DNA of 64,000 nt from Dicyema japonicum (lineage: Eukaryota > Animalia > Dicyemida): contig RDEW01000022.1 of NCBI GenBank assembly GCA_011109175.1, forward strand, positions 494,315-558,314. The letters run 5' to 3'. The notes beneath the pieces were generated by a model that was not told the origin of the DNA, ran no database searches, and saw only the letters and a list, made by a program, of their open reading frames with translations. Numbering within the stretch: position 1 is the first letter of the stretch; every line of letters starts with the position of its first letter. The translations under genes and the position numbers were made by a program. Positions 1-14,301 of this stretch are shown here, one piece after another.

Positions 1-109
1 TTGTTAATTATCACTCTCCGAAATTTTTCATTTAATAATTTGCTTAACACGTCCATCACAAAAACAAAGATCTGAGGGGACAGTAAATCGCCCTGTAGGA
101 TCCCCTGAG

Positions 110-2445
110 TCGCCCATTGTTGGTTGAGTTGGTTGACACCTTTCTCACTGTAATGTCTTTATTGTATTCTCGATCAATCCACTCTACGCTTTTTTCCATT
201 ACATCTTTCAATGTCAGAGGAATTGCCTCAAACAGCAAACGGAACATTCTATGTACGGATCTAGAAAAATACAAAACCGGTGTGGCATGTCTGCAAGAGA
301 CGAAGGTTACAGAACGAGATGTATCTATGACAATAACCGGTTAATCTACTACCATCCGACTCTCGTCATTATGGGATAGGCTTTGCTATACACATTTCAA
401 TTGTGGATCGGTTACTCAAAGTAAGGAGGGTAACAGACCGAATTACTATTATCCAACTTAATATCGGATCACGTAAAAGAGATCGATTATGACTGTCATA
501 AATGTGTAAGCCCCCCCACACACACAGGAAGATTATCAACTTCTATGGATGAGCTTGATGATTTTTATATGAGTTTATCGAAAGTATACTCTCAACTCTG
601 CTCGTCAACGCTAATTTTTATTGCGGGAGACAGGAATTCAAAGGCAGGAATTAAACGCAAAGGTGAACTTTGCATTGGTAATCACGGAAGGGGATATCGA
701 AATTCATGTGGAAATTTTATGATCGACTTTTGTAATACCTACGATTTGTTTATGTGCAACACGGCCTTTCAGCACGCCGCCCGACACAAGACCACCTGGG
801 TAGGTTGTAAAACAACCAAAAATGGAGAGGAACAAAAAATATTTAATCGAATAGATTTTATTTTGTGCAAGCAGTCGCACAAGAGAGTATTAGTGGACTC
901 CCGTTCGAATGGAGGAGCATTGACAAATAGCGATCACAAGATCGTAGTCTTTCGGTTGAATCTTAGCAGGCTTTTTGGAATATTATATGCGAATTATGCA
1001 CATCACAGAAAAACACAGATGATAGCGTAAAAAGAATTAGTAAATAATCCTGCACTTTTCATGAGATACCAGCAGCGAATGGACCAGTATCTATCCAAAA
1101 TTTCTATGGATGGCCTACCCCACATCGTGTGGAAAAGAATCTCTGAAGCCATAATGACGACTGCCGAAGAAACAGCTGGATTTGCGAAAATACTATGAAA
1201 GGAAGATATAAAGGAGCATATAACAGTCAATGAATTGTCAATCCGTCAACGAGATATAGGACATCAATTTGAAGCTTGTGATCCTGAACGAAAATCCGAA
1301 TTAAAAAAATTGCGCAATCCAACACGAAATTAAGAAGAATGTGCTCATGGTCGGACTTTTTGGACCAACAAATATTGTAAGTGGAAAGATTGCATTCATG
1401 TGCAAAAATGTTTATGGCTGTGCGTTTACTCAAGCGCGGGTCAGCTAAATTCAATTTAAAAATTCAAGATAAGTTCGGTCACTTTGTATTGGACGCTAAC
1501 CGTTCTGCTGTATTTATAGCCCATCACTTTAGCAAGCAGTTCAATCGGGAGATCCTTTACCCCTCACACAATTCGAAGGATAGCCTCGTTCACTTAATAA
1601 TGTGTTTACGGATTCCGAGATTCGCGGAGCACTCCTTCATCTGAATGACAACAGAGCAGCTGGCTATGACTATATTTGTGGGGAGTTGTTAAAATACGCA
1701 CCAACCCAGATAGCAGAAAATATAACTTTCATATTTAAAGGAATATTCAGGAATCATTGACATCGCGATGGGAGTTCTACTTTTTTTACAAAAACCTGGC
1801 AAACCTGTCGGTCCAATTAAAAATCTCGGCCGATCGTGCTTTTGACCACATTGTCGATTACAACATTGAATATCAAATTTAGTTGACCAATACTTGTCAC
1901 CATGTCAAAGCGGATTCAAAAAGAAGATCAACCGCTGATGTAGTATAAAGTCATCGGTGGCTTACGGCAATATGTCAGAAGTACAGAAAAACAATGCATA
2001 TTCTGGGAGTCGACTTATTATATCCCAGCGAACACAGAAAAGAGGAAAAGGTATCGTCTAATTAAGTGATCCCGGTGTCAGTGCGTCCTTTTGTTTCGAC
2101 TTTGCAATTTTTTATGATCGTCCAAAAGGGGGAAAGTTTGCTCACATACTTCTGGTAGGCAAAAAACTCATCTTCAAGGGGGCTACCAGAAGATCGTACC
2201 ATTTTCAAAAGTTTTTGTTGTTCGTCACCGAGATTTTCCATAATTTTTTAGAGATCTAATGTGTTCCTCATTTCTGACGTAGGCGTCAATTCACATTTAA
2301 GAAAGATCCGGAGGCATTGGTTTTGTATGACCTCTAATTTGTTCTGCGTGGACAAGGGTGTAGTCGACTTATCCAAAGCATTCGACTGTGTCTGCCAAAA
2401 TAAACTATTGCAAGTTCTCAAGGACATAATTGATGAGGACTGTTT
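110..2445 (+). mobile_element. Decayed RTE-like non-LTR retrotransposon (APE endonuclease plus N-terminal RT), interrupted by another LINE fragment
   Basis: APE motifs SFNVRG, CLQETK, FIAGD.N, RIDFIL and SDHKIV. RT motif ILGVD|LSKAFD is split by the insertion at 2019-2361. Many stops and frameshifts. Confidence 0.85.
2019..2361 (-). mobile_element. 5'-truncated 3' end of an I-group/Ingi-like LINE inserted into the RTE copy
   Basis: 11-bp target-site duplication AGTCGACTTAT at 2008-2018 and 2362-2372. Minus-strand peptide LEVIQNQCLRIFLK. Family 3' motif GGATCACTTAATTAG (2058-2072, reverse strand). Confidence 0.8.
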
Positions 2446-2449
2446 CAGA

Positions 2450-2573
2450 AACGTATTACCTTTCATGCTGATTCCGGATGAACTCTGTTTCTGTAGAAGT
2501 GGAAACTGGATACACTTAATTAGTTATTTACTTTAATTTCTTTCTCGATGTATCCGGGGTTAATAAATAATAA
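2450..2573 (+). mobile_element. 3' tail fragment of the same I-group/Ingi-like LINE family
   Basis: GGATACACTTAATTAG (2508-2523), then TCCGGGGTT and an A-rich TAAA/TAA tail, as in the other copies. Confidence 0.65.
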
Positions 2574-3330
2574 AGTAGTACAAATGCCGGTTGCTCCCGT
2601 AAATTGGGCAGTCTTGGAGACGAACATTTTACTAACTCAGGACATTTAAAAAGGTGATTTGCTGTCAGATCGGTCAGGTTACAAAACGAACAGAGGACAT
2701 CTTTAAATCATCAGTTTACGTATGTCGGTAGAGATAAGTGGTGGCAACATCGTAGACGAAGGTTTATCCGGATGTCCATCGGAAAAGAGGATTCTGATTC
2801 GTCGATTAGAGGAGGGGTTGGTATAGTATATTATTATAATCGAGTCTTCAAATGATTCTTGTATAAAAATATGTTTAAAACGGGAAGGATTTTTGATTCC
2901 ATATGAGGATGATCAATGTTTACCAACAATGGCAGAAGTAATGTCCTCACAACTTTCAATGTGTTGATTTTGTGAGAGACACTTGTTCATTCATGTTTAG
3001 AACAAGTCAGTAGTCGAATATGACTCCAAGTATTTTGGGATTTAATGGGATGTGATTGTCCATGAATTGTTAAAATTGGCTGCAAATTTAGTTGGCGAGG
3101 GCTGGATGTGAATAAAGTGACAGTGGATTTCAATGGAAAAGGAAATTGTTGATTTAGACGAGAGTAGTTCGATTGAAATAATTATGATGCGAAAGAAGGT
3201 CACATAACTTTCCATGAAATTGACAAAGCGATCTGGGTAGTGGAAGCTGTTAGTGTCTAGTTGTTTAAGTTGAGAGAAGATCGAAATATTTGGAAGCGAA
3301 AGGTTTACTCCAATAGCCGCCATCATCCGA
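2574..3330 (-). mobile_element. Probable decayed LINE ORF2 C-terminus with CCHC zinc knuckle
   Basis: Minus-strand frame near 2630-2700 reads DVLCSFCNLTDLTANHLFKCPEL. The rest is too decayed to assign. Confidence 0.4.
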
Positions 3331-3849
3331 TCCGACTTAATTGTTGAACAGGGGACTAATTGTAGTTCTTTTAGCTATCAGATTGAATTAAAATAAAATT
3401 TTCGTCACAAGAAGGTGAACCATATCAAAAATTGGTAAAATATTCATTTAATTAAAATGTTTTATTAAATAATATTTTATTTTTAAAGTGGCTTATCAAA
3501 ATTAAACAATTTATTTAATTGTTCTAGTTTTAAATGATGTTATTATTATTGTTAACATTTTTCCCTTTGTTGGTAGAATCTGGATCTGGTTTTTATTTTT
3601 ATTATTGTAGTTTCTGGAAAAAAAGATCCCGTTAAATCAAAACATCCTGATGAATATAAATGCTATTTTCATGAGGTGAAGAATGAAGACGGAGAAGTCA
3701 GTGTAATTCAAGCTTGTGCCTAATCTATTTATCTTTACTAACATATTTCTTGTTTGATCTAGTCTTAACTCATTATTATCTCTTCATTACGAGCTGTAAC
3801 TAAAGTCAGAAATTAATATTTATAAATACAATCAATAATTAAAATAACA

Positions 3850-3940
3850 CATCCAACCATCCAAAGTGAACTCTTCCGACATTATCGACGTTGCGTTGCC
3901 TCTCACGATTGCAACATAGATCAACTGGAGAAGCCAACTA
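3850..3940 (-). repeat. Dispersed structured repeat; reverse-orientation partial copy of 15725-15810
   Basis: Reverse complement matches CTCCAGTTGATCT.TGTTGCAATCGTGAGAGGCAACGCAACGTCGATAATGTCGG...CACTTTGGATGG at about 15730-15805. Confidence 0.8.
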
Positions 3941-4859
3941 TAAAATATTACATTTCTCAGTTGAAAATTTTTAAATACTTTTAGATAAAATCAAGTAAAT
4001 GCTAAAGTATAAATGATTACAGCAAAAAGTGTGGTGCACATTGCCAAACAACTTGCTGGCTAAGGAAAGAGGTTTGATATGTTGACTACATTTTCTATAT
4101 ATGAAAACATTAAAAATTAGGTCATAATTTGGAATGTTCAATAGAACCATGAACAAATATAATTAGCTTTAATTATATTGATGAAAGCTCTAGTCTTCTT
4201 GCATACTAATCAACTAGAAACAACTATGTCTAAAATTTAATAAATGCTTACTTATTAAAAAGTTTATCACAAAAACTCAAGTGTCTTTAATTTTGCAACA
4301 AATAACTTTTGTTATTTTAATTTTCTCAAAGCATATCGATTTAAAACTAGTGATTTCAACTTTAATCTCTTGGTACACCTCAAAGTGAGCTTTTTTTAAA
4401 ATTTGGGTTAATAAGACCTGATTCTTTATTTCTAAACTTATTTCCAATTAGTCAATTAATAAGAGGGATAAAGACAATAAGAGTTCAACAATTACCTAAC
4501 ACGAATGTCATCAAAATGATCTCAATTTTCAATAACCACATTCTTGTTTTTGATGGTACTAAAGTGTTTTCGAGAACGTCTCTTCAGGTCTGATCGGGAT
4601 TATCCCTATGAACTTATAGTTTCCAAATTGATTTCGTATATATTTGTAGAAACACAGAAATTATTACCTGTGGACCTTTCTAAAAAGTGACGAGGATCAA
4701 CTTTGAAGAAAGATTTTCTCAATTCTGGAAAGGAACAAAACTTTAGACGAAGGTCTTAACATATGTAATACACTATGAGACAGATCCCAGGTGACTTGAT
4801 GTCACTAATTGTAGAATAAACTTAAAAGTATAACAATTAAGAAAAAACATAACAAAAAT

Positions 4860-7800
4860 AAATTATACATTTATTCCCTTCCATACAGAATAAAACTAAA
4901 AATAAGACAAAAGCGAACTCTAATCCGACAAAGAGACAATTGGAATTAGAAGCAAAAGACTGTATACTACAATCACCAATCTTAAAAGAATCATCACATT
5001 GAAAGGTATCATCATTCCATAAATGGACAACACCGTCTCTACAGCCAATGACAAAGGTGTTATCTATAAAGGGAATATATTTAACTGCTGTCATATTCTT
5101 CCCAGTCAACAAATTCATCTAAAGTAACAAACACATAAACATGTCTAATCCCTCCCTCAACAATATCCCACACAAACACAGAACCATTAGAACCAACATT
5201 AATCAGCATTCCTCCTTGCACTGACATATCATCTATTCTCTCCATTAAAGGGGATTCCAATATAAAGGAAGGGAGAATAGTACCTGAAAAACTCACTTGG
5301 AAGCACTAACATACCACACACATCATACCATTATAGAACACTTTTTCAAAGCAACAAACAGCAATGACCCCTTCGCAGTCTCACTCTCAATTATCCTATC
5401 CACCAAGGATCCACATTCATACTTCACTGGAAGTAGTTCTCTCCTAAAAATACCATTACTCTTAACCTCCCCAAGTCCCATACATTAACCACAGAGTAAT
5501 TGGCATAGTAAAATCTAATCCCATCTTCACTTAAACACACAGGAAGGTGAGTCATAGAATTCCTTGGACAATCAGAATAACTTTTAGCAAAATCAACAGA
5601 TCCATCAGGACTAAATTGACCACAATAAACAACAATAAAACACTCATCTTCTTGGAAAATGACTCCCTTATATCGAAAATCAGTGAGCATCCATCACTAG
5701 TCATAACCAGGCTCTTCAGAGTGGGAGGAGTAGTCCAAACTCCGTGTATAAATCGGGAAGCCATGAAAACGCTGAATCTCTCTACATGTTTCAATATCCA
5801 ACATATAGTTGGTGCAATCTACATAAATCTAATAGATACCTCTAATGGCACTAAAGAGAAAGTCATCCGTGGCTGCGAGAGACACAATACGTCCTCTTTG
5901 TCCTTAATGTCATATATATTATCCATAAACATAGAATTCCCACATTTGTCACCCTTAGGTACAAAGTTGATCCTAAATAATTAACCCCCAATATACGTGA
6001 TAGGCACTTTGTTCCCTCTACGACAGTCGGAGACTTTGAATATTTTTACGATCACCCTCCAATTTGGTCATCCTAGATTTATCGATGAAAGGGCCAGCTC
6101 TACGATTAGTCGAAGGTATACCCAGATGAATAATAACTGCTTTCCGTCTTCACAGAACTTGGCATGTCAAGGTCTTTAAATATCTGTGGAATTGCTGTCA
6201 TTCTGCGTTTCTTCTTAACATTCTAATCTCAAACGTGTTGCAAACCTCATCAGGAATTGCCGAAATATCACACTCAATATCGCCTCCAGTCAATTCAGAC
6301 CTAAAGTTCTCCAGTATTTCAACACCATCGTTGTTAGTTGCACTGCAAAGTAATAATACAAAAAACCATGTCTTTTCTTCTTCAGACTCATCTTCCAAGT
6401 AACTTTCTGACATTAAACAATCAAATACCCTCTGAATTGTCCTCAGAGAAATCTCCCGTCATTAGACTAAGGTCAATATCGAGGACGTCATCCTCTCGAG
6501 ACATCATAGAGACAAGATCTCCAAGTAGTTGTGCTCTGACACTACTCCGAGCGTTCAATTTAGATATCCTAGCCCTTAGAAGAGCCCCTTCATTCTTGCT
6601 GTGTTCCAATTGTACGTTCTACATATTCAACACAAACATACATAATCAACAATCTGGGCCATCAGATTTATCAACAAAGGTTTTATTTGATTATCATCAA
6701 TATAGCCTTCCATCATAGAGGTAACAAACTCCTCCACCGAACTCAAGTCATTCTAATATAAACAAACGTTTTACCTTTTTTGAGAGATAATGATTCAACT
6801 GCAATTTTGTGTCATTTATTCTTTCAACGAAAAATTCCAAACTCGTCGATAACTGCTCAAGTTTATATTTTTTAGAGGTAATCTTTGTCTTAAATATAAA
6901 AATTGATGAAACTGTTTTATGAGAGGGAATTTTATCCAAATTTTCTTTAATCTTTAAAATCCGTCGTTTCACAAAATTTTGTTTCTAAAAGTCCCCATAT
7001 AAGCTACTTTAATCCAACTGAAGATATCCTTCTCAATCTCGTCTATTTTGACTTGTAGTCCAGAAAACTTGCAAATCCATTCATCTGACATTTTTATTCG
7101 TGTATCCACCAATTCTTTATTATCCCGTTTTGGTGCTAATGGTCATAAAATATTATACTTTTAGTATTGTTTAAGGTTCTTTGTTTGTTTATTCTTTTTA
7201 AATACTCAATCTGAGTTTACTATATAAAATACCTCCAGTTGTTTCCGTTTAAGCAAATTATCCTTCTGTTGTACAATCCTCTGGAGATTACGATAGTGAG
7301 TCAGTGTCTGTTGGGACGACCGTTGTAGTTGGGTTATCTCCCTTGTGTGCCCCACCTGTATTATTCTATTCCTTGAGGAATCCTCACGCATTTTCCTCAT
7401 CAAATTCACCTTGAAGTGAGACATGAATATACTTTCACTTTCTTTAGTTCAATTAATTCTGTTTTCATAAGCTGCAAATCTCGTTCCGTAGCTGCGTTTG
7501 CCTTTAATGCCATCGTTTTGTCCCTCAGTAACTTCTTGTATTTCTCCACATTACTCTTCAGGTCTCCAATCTTCCGATCATACTCCTCCTTTAGCTTCTC
7601 ATGTGAACCCTCTTTTTTGCCTGATAGTAATAATCTTTCTATACTCATAGGTTTCTTCATCAGTATATCCCTCTCTTTCTCCAAATTCTTTATAGTTTCC
7701 AACATTGATGTAATTTCCCCTCCATATTTAGACTCAATCTCATTCCGACGTTGTTGTGAAGTTTCTATCTGTTTAATCAACTTCTCCTTCATATCAATCT

Positions 7801-9589
7801 CTTGTGCCAATATAATAACTTGATTTGAATCATCGGAAATATCGCCTTCTGTTATTGTCTCATTAAGTGACTTTTCCACAGCATGTCTAATAAATCAAAC
7901 GTCCTTACAAATCAGAAAATCGCTGAATCTGATAACCTGGAGTTTCCGAGCATCATCTATTAAATGACGGACCTAAATAAATTATAATCAATCAACACCT
8001 CATCGTCCTCAATATTAACACAAGATTCGGAAGAATCACGTATTTTCTCAACTCTGCTACATTAGTTATCCCCTACTTTAGAAAAGCAACTTCCTTTAAT
8101 AATCCACTAATTATTTTCCGAGAATTAGTATCATGCTCTCCCTCACAAGCTACAGCTCAACACATCAACCACCATTCAAATATTCTTGCAATTTTATGTT
8201 CTCCTTTTCATTTTTTATATCCTCAATGTTTTGAACAAGTCTTTCATTCTCCATCTTGACATTCTCTAACTCCTCCTCCAATTCCTTCATACGGATTTCG
8301 TTACCCCCACACTTATTCTGTGGTAAATCAACGTAATACAATATTTAGTTCTCTCTTAAGCTCTAATAACTGATCTCTTAAGGAAGCAATCTCTTGCATC
8401 TTCAAGTCCTGATTCACCACAGCCTTGTTTTCAATATTCTTGGCTCTATTTGCATACTCCAAGGTTCCTGATGTCTCCGCCCAATCTGTCATAGCGGGAG
8501 ACACACAGGCCAACATAAGAGTACGACTATTCCCACCCAAAGAATCCTGCAAAATTCGAGTCAACTTCGAGTCTCTGTAAGGCACATAAATTCCATTCCT
8601 GGATTTTTCAGCCAAAGCAGAGATTACATTGCCCAGAGCGAACTGAATAGTCATGAATGATCTACCAGGCCGTAGTTTATACAAATCCCTCTTTAGCACG
8701 GTTCCCTGTGGCACCGGTCCGCTTCAATCGTTCAGACCCAGCCAAGTCCACAAAGTTAAGTTTAGATGTTAGGACTTGCTTGAAATTGCTGCTTCCGTCT
8801 TGTACGGGCCTCTCCTGCTTTATTATTAGAGAGAATATTGCATGAGATCTGGATGACTTTTCATTCATATTGGTGCTCCCGGTAGTCCTTAGAAGGCAAC
8901 CACCTTTGAGCAGGTCAGTTACCTACTTTTCAAAAATTTATCCGACCTCCTTAATGCTGCCGACGATTTTAGTAGTTGTCCCCATCAAATATATTCCTCC
9001 CTGAATGTCCTCGTGGATCTTTATTTGCTTCTTGTACCCAGAGTCCAATAGATCGTTTATATCCTCATTGTACAGCTGTTATAATAATTGTCACATACCT
9101 CAACAAACTGAATCGATACTTGATATGAGATATCTTGTCCCTTCTCAATTTCTGCGTACAAATGACTTAATGCACGTGGGATTATTCCTACAAGATCTTC
9201 GGAGAGTTCGAGATCGAATGATGATCCCATTGAGTAGGTTTTGCCAGACCCGGTCTAGACGTTAAAAAATCGTCAACTTGACCGTAAGCAATCACAGTAG
9301 CATTGTAACCACCGAAGGAACTATGTAAACTAAAATCAGTACCCTTCTATCAGATTATGGACAACTTGGTCGTAGATTTCTATCTGTTTAGAGTTTGTGT
9401 CAAACACGTGGTCGAATGTGTAAAACTTATTACCTCCTATCATGACCTGTGAGGTTTCCTTTAATACTTCGACATATAACGGACATTGAGATTCCAATTC
9501 AGTTTTGTTTAATGGTCTTACTCTGATATATAGTAAATACATTCTTACCTAACTGCCACTTTAACGTTAGTATTGTCTTTCCTGCTCAT
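4860..9589 (-). CDS. KIF21: Kinesin-4 family, KIF21-like (motor, coiled coil, C-terminal WD40 repeats); multi-exon with micro-introns
   Basis: Start [14 protein letters not shown]|VRPL. P-loop AYGQ|[44 protein letters not shown]. Long coiled coil, then WD40 strands (VFVWD, VHLWN). Introns include 9523-9548 (26 nt), 9321-9342 (22 nt) and 9255-9277 (23 nt). The 3' end is approximate. Confidence 0.88.
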
Positions 9590-10499
9590 CACCAGAAAAT
9601 TACAGTATCAGAGCGCCTATTTATTTTTGATTTTAAATAAAATAAAATTATGTATTATTTTTGATAAATTTGATTATTTTGTATTAATGGTGTCATAGGT
9701 TTTCATTTTCTGTTAAATTTTTTTGAGGGAACCATTCTATTGAATATTATTTCCTTCGTGTCAACTCATCTTTTGGACGAATGTCTTGAAGATCTAGCCT
9801 AGCCGGAGAAGAGCCTCCAAAATCACGGAACGCTGGATTCCTGGAGAACACAAACCACCAATGTTTCTTGAAGCCTTGATTAGAATGAACCACGGAACGC
9901 GCCGTCGTGACTGCGAAGGTCCAGTCACTCGACCAAGATGAGGTCCATGCTAGAGTGTGCTGGGATTTAGTTAGTTTGTATTCATAAATTATGTCATTAA
10001 CATCAATTTCGTGATTATTTAATCAAAAATTTTGTCATTATTATTTTAGAGAATAATCTAATATATAGGATTTCAGTCATCTTTGATTTGTTTTCTTCTA
10101 TTTTCTTCTAACGATTAATATCTCTTGTGGGGATTTACACTATTAAAAACTACGCTCAAGACTGAATTCATTTTACCAAACAATCATTCTTATAATGTAT
10201 GATGAGTGAGAATATTTTGAGTATCTGCGAAAGAAGGGACATCAAAGTAGCTCTTACTAAAAGAATCCCAAATATAGAGTGGTGAACCCTCACTCTAATA
10301 ATTTTAATAAAAAAATATTAATTATAACAAATTGCCAAGTTGTTGTTTTGTTTTGTTCATCTATTTTGTTCCTCTTTGTGTTTTTTAGCTCCAGGGAGAT
10401 TGAATTGTTAGATTACGTCATTTGGTTCACCAAAAAATTTAAAATTAAACTCTATCCTATTTTATTTTTTGTATTTTCTTGTTTAATAAACACAGTTTT

Positions 10500-12941
10500 T
10501 TGGAATTTCATGCCAGTTTTCATGCGTGTGGTGGCATCGCTCACTTGAAGTGTTGGAAAAGATATTACAAATCAATGGTATCCGAACAAAAATTGCCGAA
10601 CTACAACGCTTTCTCATACAAACATTCAGTGGATACAGCTCTTTTCCAAGAGACGAAATTAACCCACGGCGACCAACCCCCAACTTTCTGGGATACTCCT
10701 TATTCAGACGAGACAGAGGTCATGGAAAAGTAGGAAGCCTTATTATACTAATCAGGAAGTATATAATGGTCAGAAATATCTCGGATGACATCCTGGACCC
10801 CTCCCCCCAAGACGACACACTGGAACAACTAACTCTGAGAATATGCCTACCCTTTCTTCGGTTGATAGTTGTCAATATGTCCATTCCCCCTCCACCGTCA
10901 TGCCCAAGCGGCTACAGCACCGAACTCAAGCGATTCACAGGTTGGAAAACACGCTAATTGGCGGTGACCTAAATGCGAAGAGTTCTCAATGGTATGCTGA
11001 CCAACAAGTGGATCAACGGGGAACCCTCATATCTGACAGTTTTGACGACTTGGTCATTCTCAATAATCCTAGCAAACACACAAGGACCCCTTCCTGTCGA
11101 GGCGACTCCCTTAATCACCCGACATTTCTTTTGCCACTCTTTCTCTTGCGGCTGTCATTTCATGGTATGTTATATATGACTTACATACTGACCATAAACC
11201 CGATCTTCATGAGGATCCTACAAAAATATAAGTTAATGAACACTCCGAGAACCAATGTGAACTTCTCAAAAGCAATATGACCTTCACATATTTCATCGAA
11301 CTACACCATCAGGCTATCAGGATAAAGAACTTTGGATCTATCGACGCTGCTGTCAAATATTTCAACGAGATTATACTCCGAGCTCGCAAAAAATACATTC
11401 CGATGGGTCGTCCTCTAAGCTGAATAATTTCGAAAGACAATCAGTGGATGTAACTGAAGGGATATAACTGAACAAAGAAATCACGCGGAACATCACAAAA
11501 CACAACAAAGAACGTTGGGAAGCCTTGATCAGAAAAGCTACAAACAATACTTTCCCCATTGTATTATGGAAATCGATAAGGAGACTCAAGATGTGCTCTC
11601 CACTTTTAATTGGACATCGAGAGCCATATCCAAATTCCAATGACATTATGAAGTACAATGTGAATATTAGTCATAAACCATATTCAAAAGACCTGGATGT
11701 TCGTTCTGCCAATAATCGAAGAAATGACTTTCTTCGACCTTTAATGGTGCACTCAGTAATCAGGAAAATGAATAACTCGTCGTCCCGCGGTTCAGATGAC
11801 ATCTCTATTCTCGAACTGGAACACCTGGGTTCTTCCGCGACGGCCGCAATAACACAAATTTTCAACTTCTCAATAAACGAGAACAAGTGGATGTAGAGAA
11901 GGCTTTTGACTCAGTATCCCGGAAGATCCTTACAGAAAAAATTTTTACGACATCGATCCACCCTAAATTCAAATCATAGTTGGTTAACTTCATCAACGGT
12001 CGAATAAGCCAAGTGGTGGCAAAATCAAAACCGCTATACCCTCCGAATGGAGTTCCACAAAAATCCCCGTTGTCACCAATTCTCTTCAACATGTTCATCA
12101 GTGACCTCCAATCCCCAACTACCAAAAACACAATTCTTTTATCGCATGCGGATGATCTCGTGATTGCAGTGGAACATCGAAGAATCGAGGATGCGACACG
12201 GTACGTGCAAGATCTACTAAACCTGATGGGTCTTCAGTTCCTGAAGAACCGTCTAAATATATCACCAGGAAAGTCACATGTAATGAAGTTCACCGCAGCG
12301 TGAAAGAAATACGGGCAACATCACGAATAAAATTGTATGACATCCCGCTTCCTATTAAGAAGACCCTTTCAATCCTTGGAGTCATCCTGGATCCCCTCCT
12401 CACATTTAATCATCAAATGGACCTAATAACCGCGAGGATCCAAAAAATTGGAATTCTCAAGGCTTCCACTAACTCTCCAATATCTTCCCTCCCATTGTTA
12501 GAACTTCTATACAAACAATTCGTTTACAGAGATCGAGTACGCCTGTGCTGCATGGATTGCCCCGTTATCACTATCGGCACAGAGCAAGCTGGAAGTTTTA
12601 CAAAATTGATGTCTTAGAATAATACTGAAAGTGTCTAAAAAGACGTCCACTTCGTTACTACGGAAAACACTAAACGTCCCCCAATCATGGAATATTTTAC
12701 GGAACGTCACCGGGACTTCCTCAAAATGGCAAAGTCCCCTGATCATCCCTTCGGGCCGCACATCGGACTATATATGGACGCCTGCCCGAGATATGAGAAG
12801 AAGCCTTCCCGGCTGTAGAGATTGATCCAGGACTCCAAAACTAACTGCCGGAAAAGGACTGGTATAGACACCAGGATCACATAATTAGAGGATAACTTTT
12901 ATCCTTTTTTTCGTGATTTCTGGGTTAATAAAATAAATAAT
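10500..12941 (+). mobile_element. Decayed I-group (Ingi/Vingi-like) LINE: PHD-like remnant, APE, RT with internal deletion, 3' tail
   Basis: CGGIAHLKC, QINGIRTK, GGDLNAK, GVPQKSPLSPILFN, HADDL, ILGVILD. 3' motif GGATCACATAATTAG (12874-12888) and TAAA tail. Confidence 0.8.
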
Positions 12942-13249
12942 AACACGTTGTTGTGTGGTACTAATTTAGAATCATTGGAATCACCGTTATTCTGAAGAAA
13001 CCAATCCGATTTGGCAACATAGTAATAGTATAAAGTTTATTGTGACACTTGGCGATTTCAACATCTCTCTTGTGCCAGGATGAGAAAAAAAAGTTGCAAA
13101 ACCAATGAAGAGGTGAATATGTGTTGTTCCCGGCTGGAGTCATCTCCAGGATTTAATATGGCACAATAAAATAATATCAGAATATGACTCCAGAAAAGTT
13201 TTCTAATTGCATTTTGAGGAAGATTATGTTTCCCACTGCCTTTCCGGAA

Positions 13250-13800
13250 AGAATTGCTTGTCGGTTATTGCAAATATTTCGGCCGACTTGTGTCCAATAC
13301 AGTGAGTTTGGCAGTCAGAGGCGGATACGAAGTGGGGTTCGTCAGACTATCATCTGAAGCTGATAGCGTCCTTTTCAAATTGGATCTGCTTAATGCTTTC
13401 AACTTGGTCAGAAGATCATCCTTGACGTTTGCTTGAAAAGATTGCCGAAAATATCTCCTTTGTCTACCATTCATATTCGAATCCAGATTGATTGGAGTTG
13501 TTAAGTGGCAAAAGGACGCTTCTGTGTAAGTTTGCCAACAGATTGATCTTTCTGAACAGTTGACCTTTGATGTTCAAAAACTGTCCCCTGCTGTCCAAAA
13601 TACTTTTCAACTACCGAAGATTTTTGTTATGATGAAGATTTGCTATCTCTCCCTGATGATGAAATTAAGTCGACCCTTGAGGCGAATTTAAATATACATT
13701 TTGATGACTATGGATATTTTCAAGCAACTCTGCCTGTTGGTTTTGGAGGATTGGAATACTTTCGGATGCCATATTTTTCTTCTTACGACTCCTCAAAGAG
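13250..13800 (+). mobile_element. CRE-like retrotransposon RT fragments
   Basis: LFKLDLLNAFNLVRR and QATLPVGFGGL resemble the CRE-like copies elsewhere in the window. Confidence 0.6.
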
Positions 13801-13987
13801 TTTGATGGTCCTCTACTCCAGTGGTTTCCAACCTAAAGGTCTTTGCGGAACTTTTTTATTTTTTGCGATACCCTTCCAATTCTATTATTACAATTTTCAC
13901 TTAAAACATAATCGTAATAACCAAAAACAAATTTAATGTAACTATTATCATAGTTGTGTTACGTTATGAGTAGGGCGATTTTTGTCA

Positions 13988-14301
13988 TAATAATAATAAC
14001 AGCCTTTTTCACGGAGCCGTGGTATTAGCTCCGCATAGGCAGGACACACACTTTATTTAAGTAAAGAACAGTTAATTTTAACTAATCGTAGAACCAAGGA
14101 ATGATCTTCACTTCTTTTTTTCTTTTTCTTGTGTGAGTGTCCTTTCTAGACAATCCAATTCCGCAGTGAGTATTCACTGATGACGGCGTCACTCGTCAAA
14201 CCCTTTCCGCATCGTAGATGCGTGGAACCTTCCACCAGGTGAACAGCAGCGAGATTCGAACCCGTAGCCTAAGCCACTTAAGCCCGACACCTAACCACTA
14301 A
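13988..14301 (-). mobile_element. tRNA-derived SINE, nearly full length, with (TTA)n tail
   Basis: Minus strand shows A-box remnant TTAGTGGTTAGG and B-box GGTTCGAATCTC. Body matches 55634-55865 and 31857-32061. Together with the U2 piece it is flanked by the direct repeat TAGGGCGATTTTTGTCA (13971-13987, 14336-14352). Confidence 0.88.

Noticed and set aside
2023-2040. CACTA/CMC-like terminal repeat CCCAGCGAACACA
   Set aside because: It is the reverse-complemented 3' tail of a LINE fragment bounded by an 11-bp TSD, and there is no partner TIR.
4860-9589. Stop-codon reassignment as the cause of fragmented host ORFs
   Set aside because: The breaks examined are explained by short GT-AG introns. 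ClpP, Dim1 and the nAChR translate fully in the standard code after splicing.
14176-14205. Hammerhead ribozyme (CTGATGA core) antisense to the SINE; also CTGATGA at about 41346 and 41484
   Set aside because: No correctly placed GAAA after a stem II, and no stem I/III closure.
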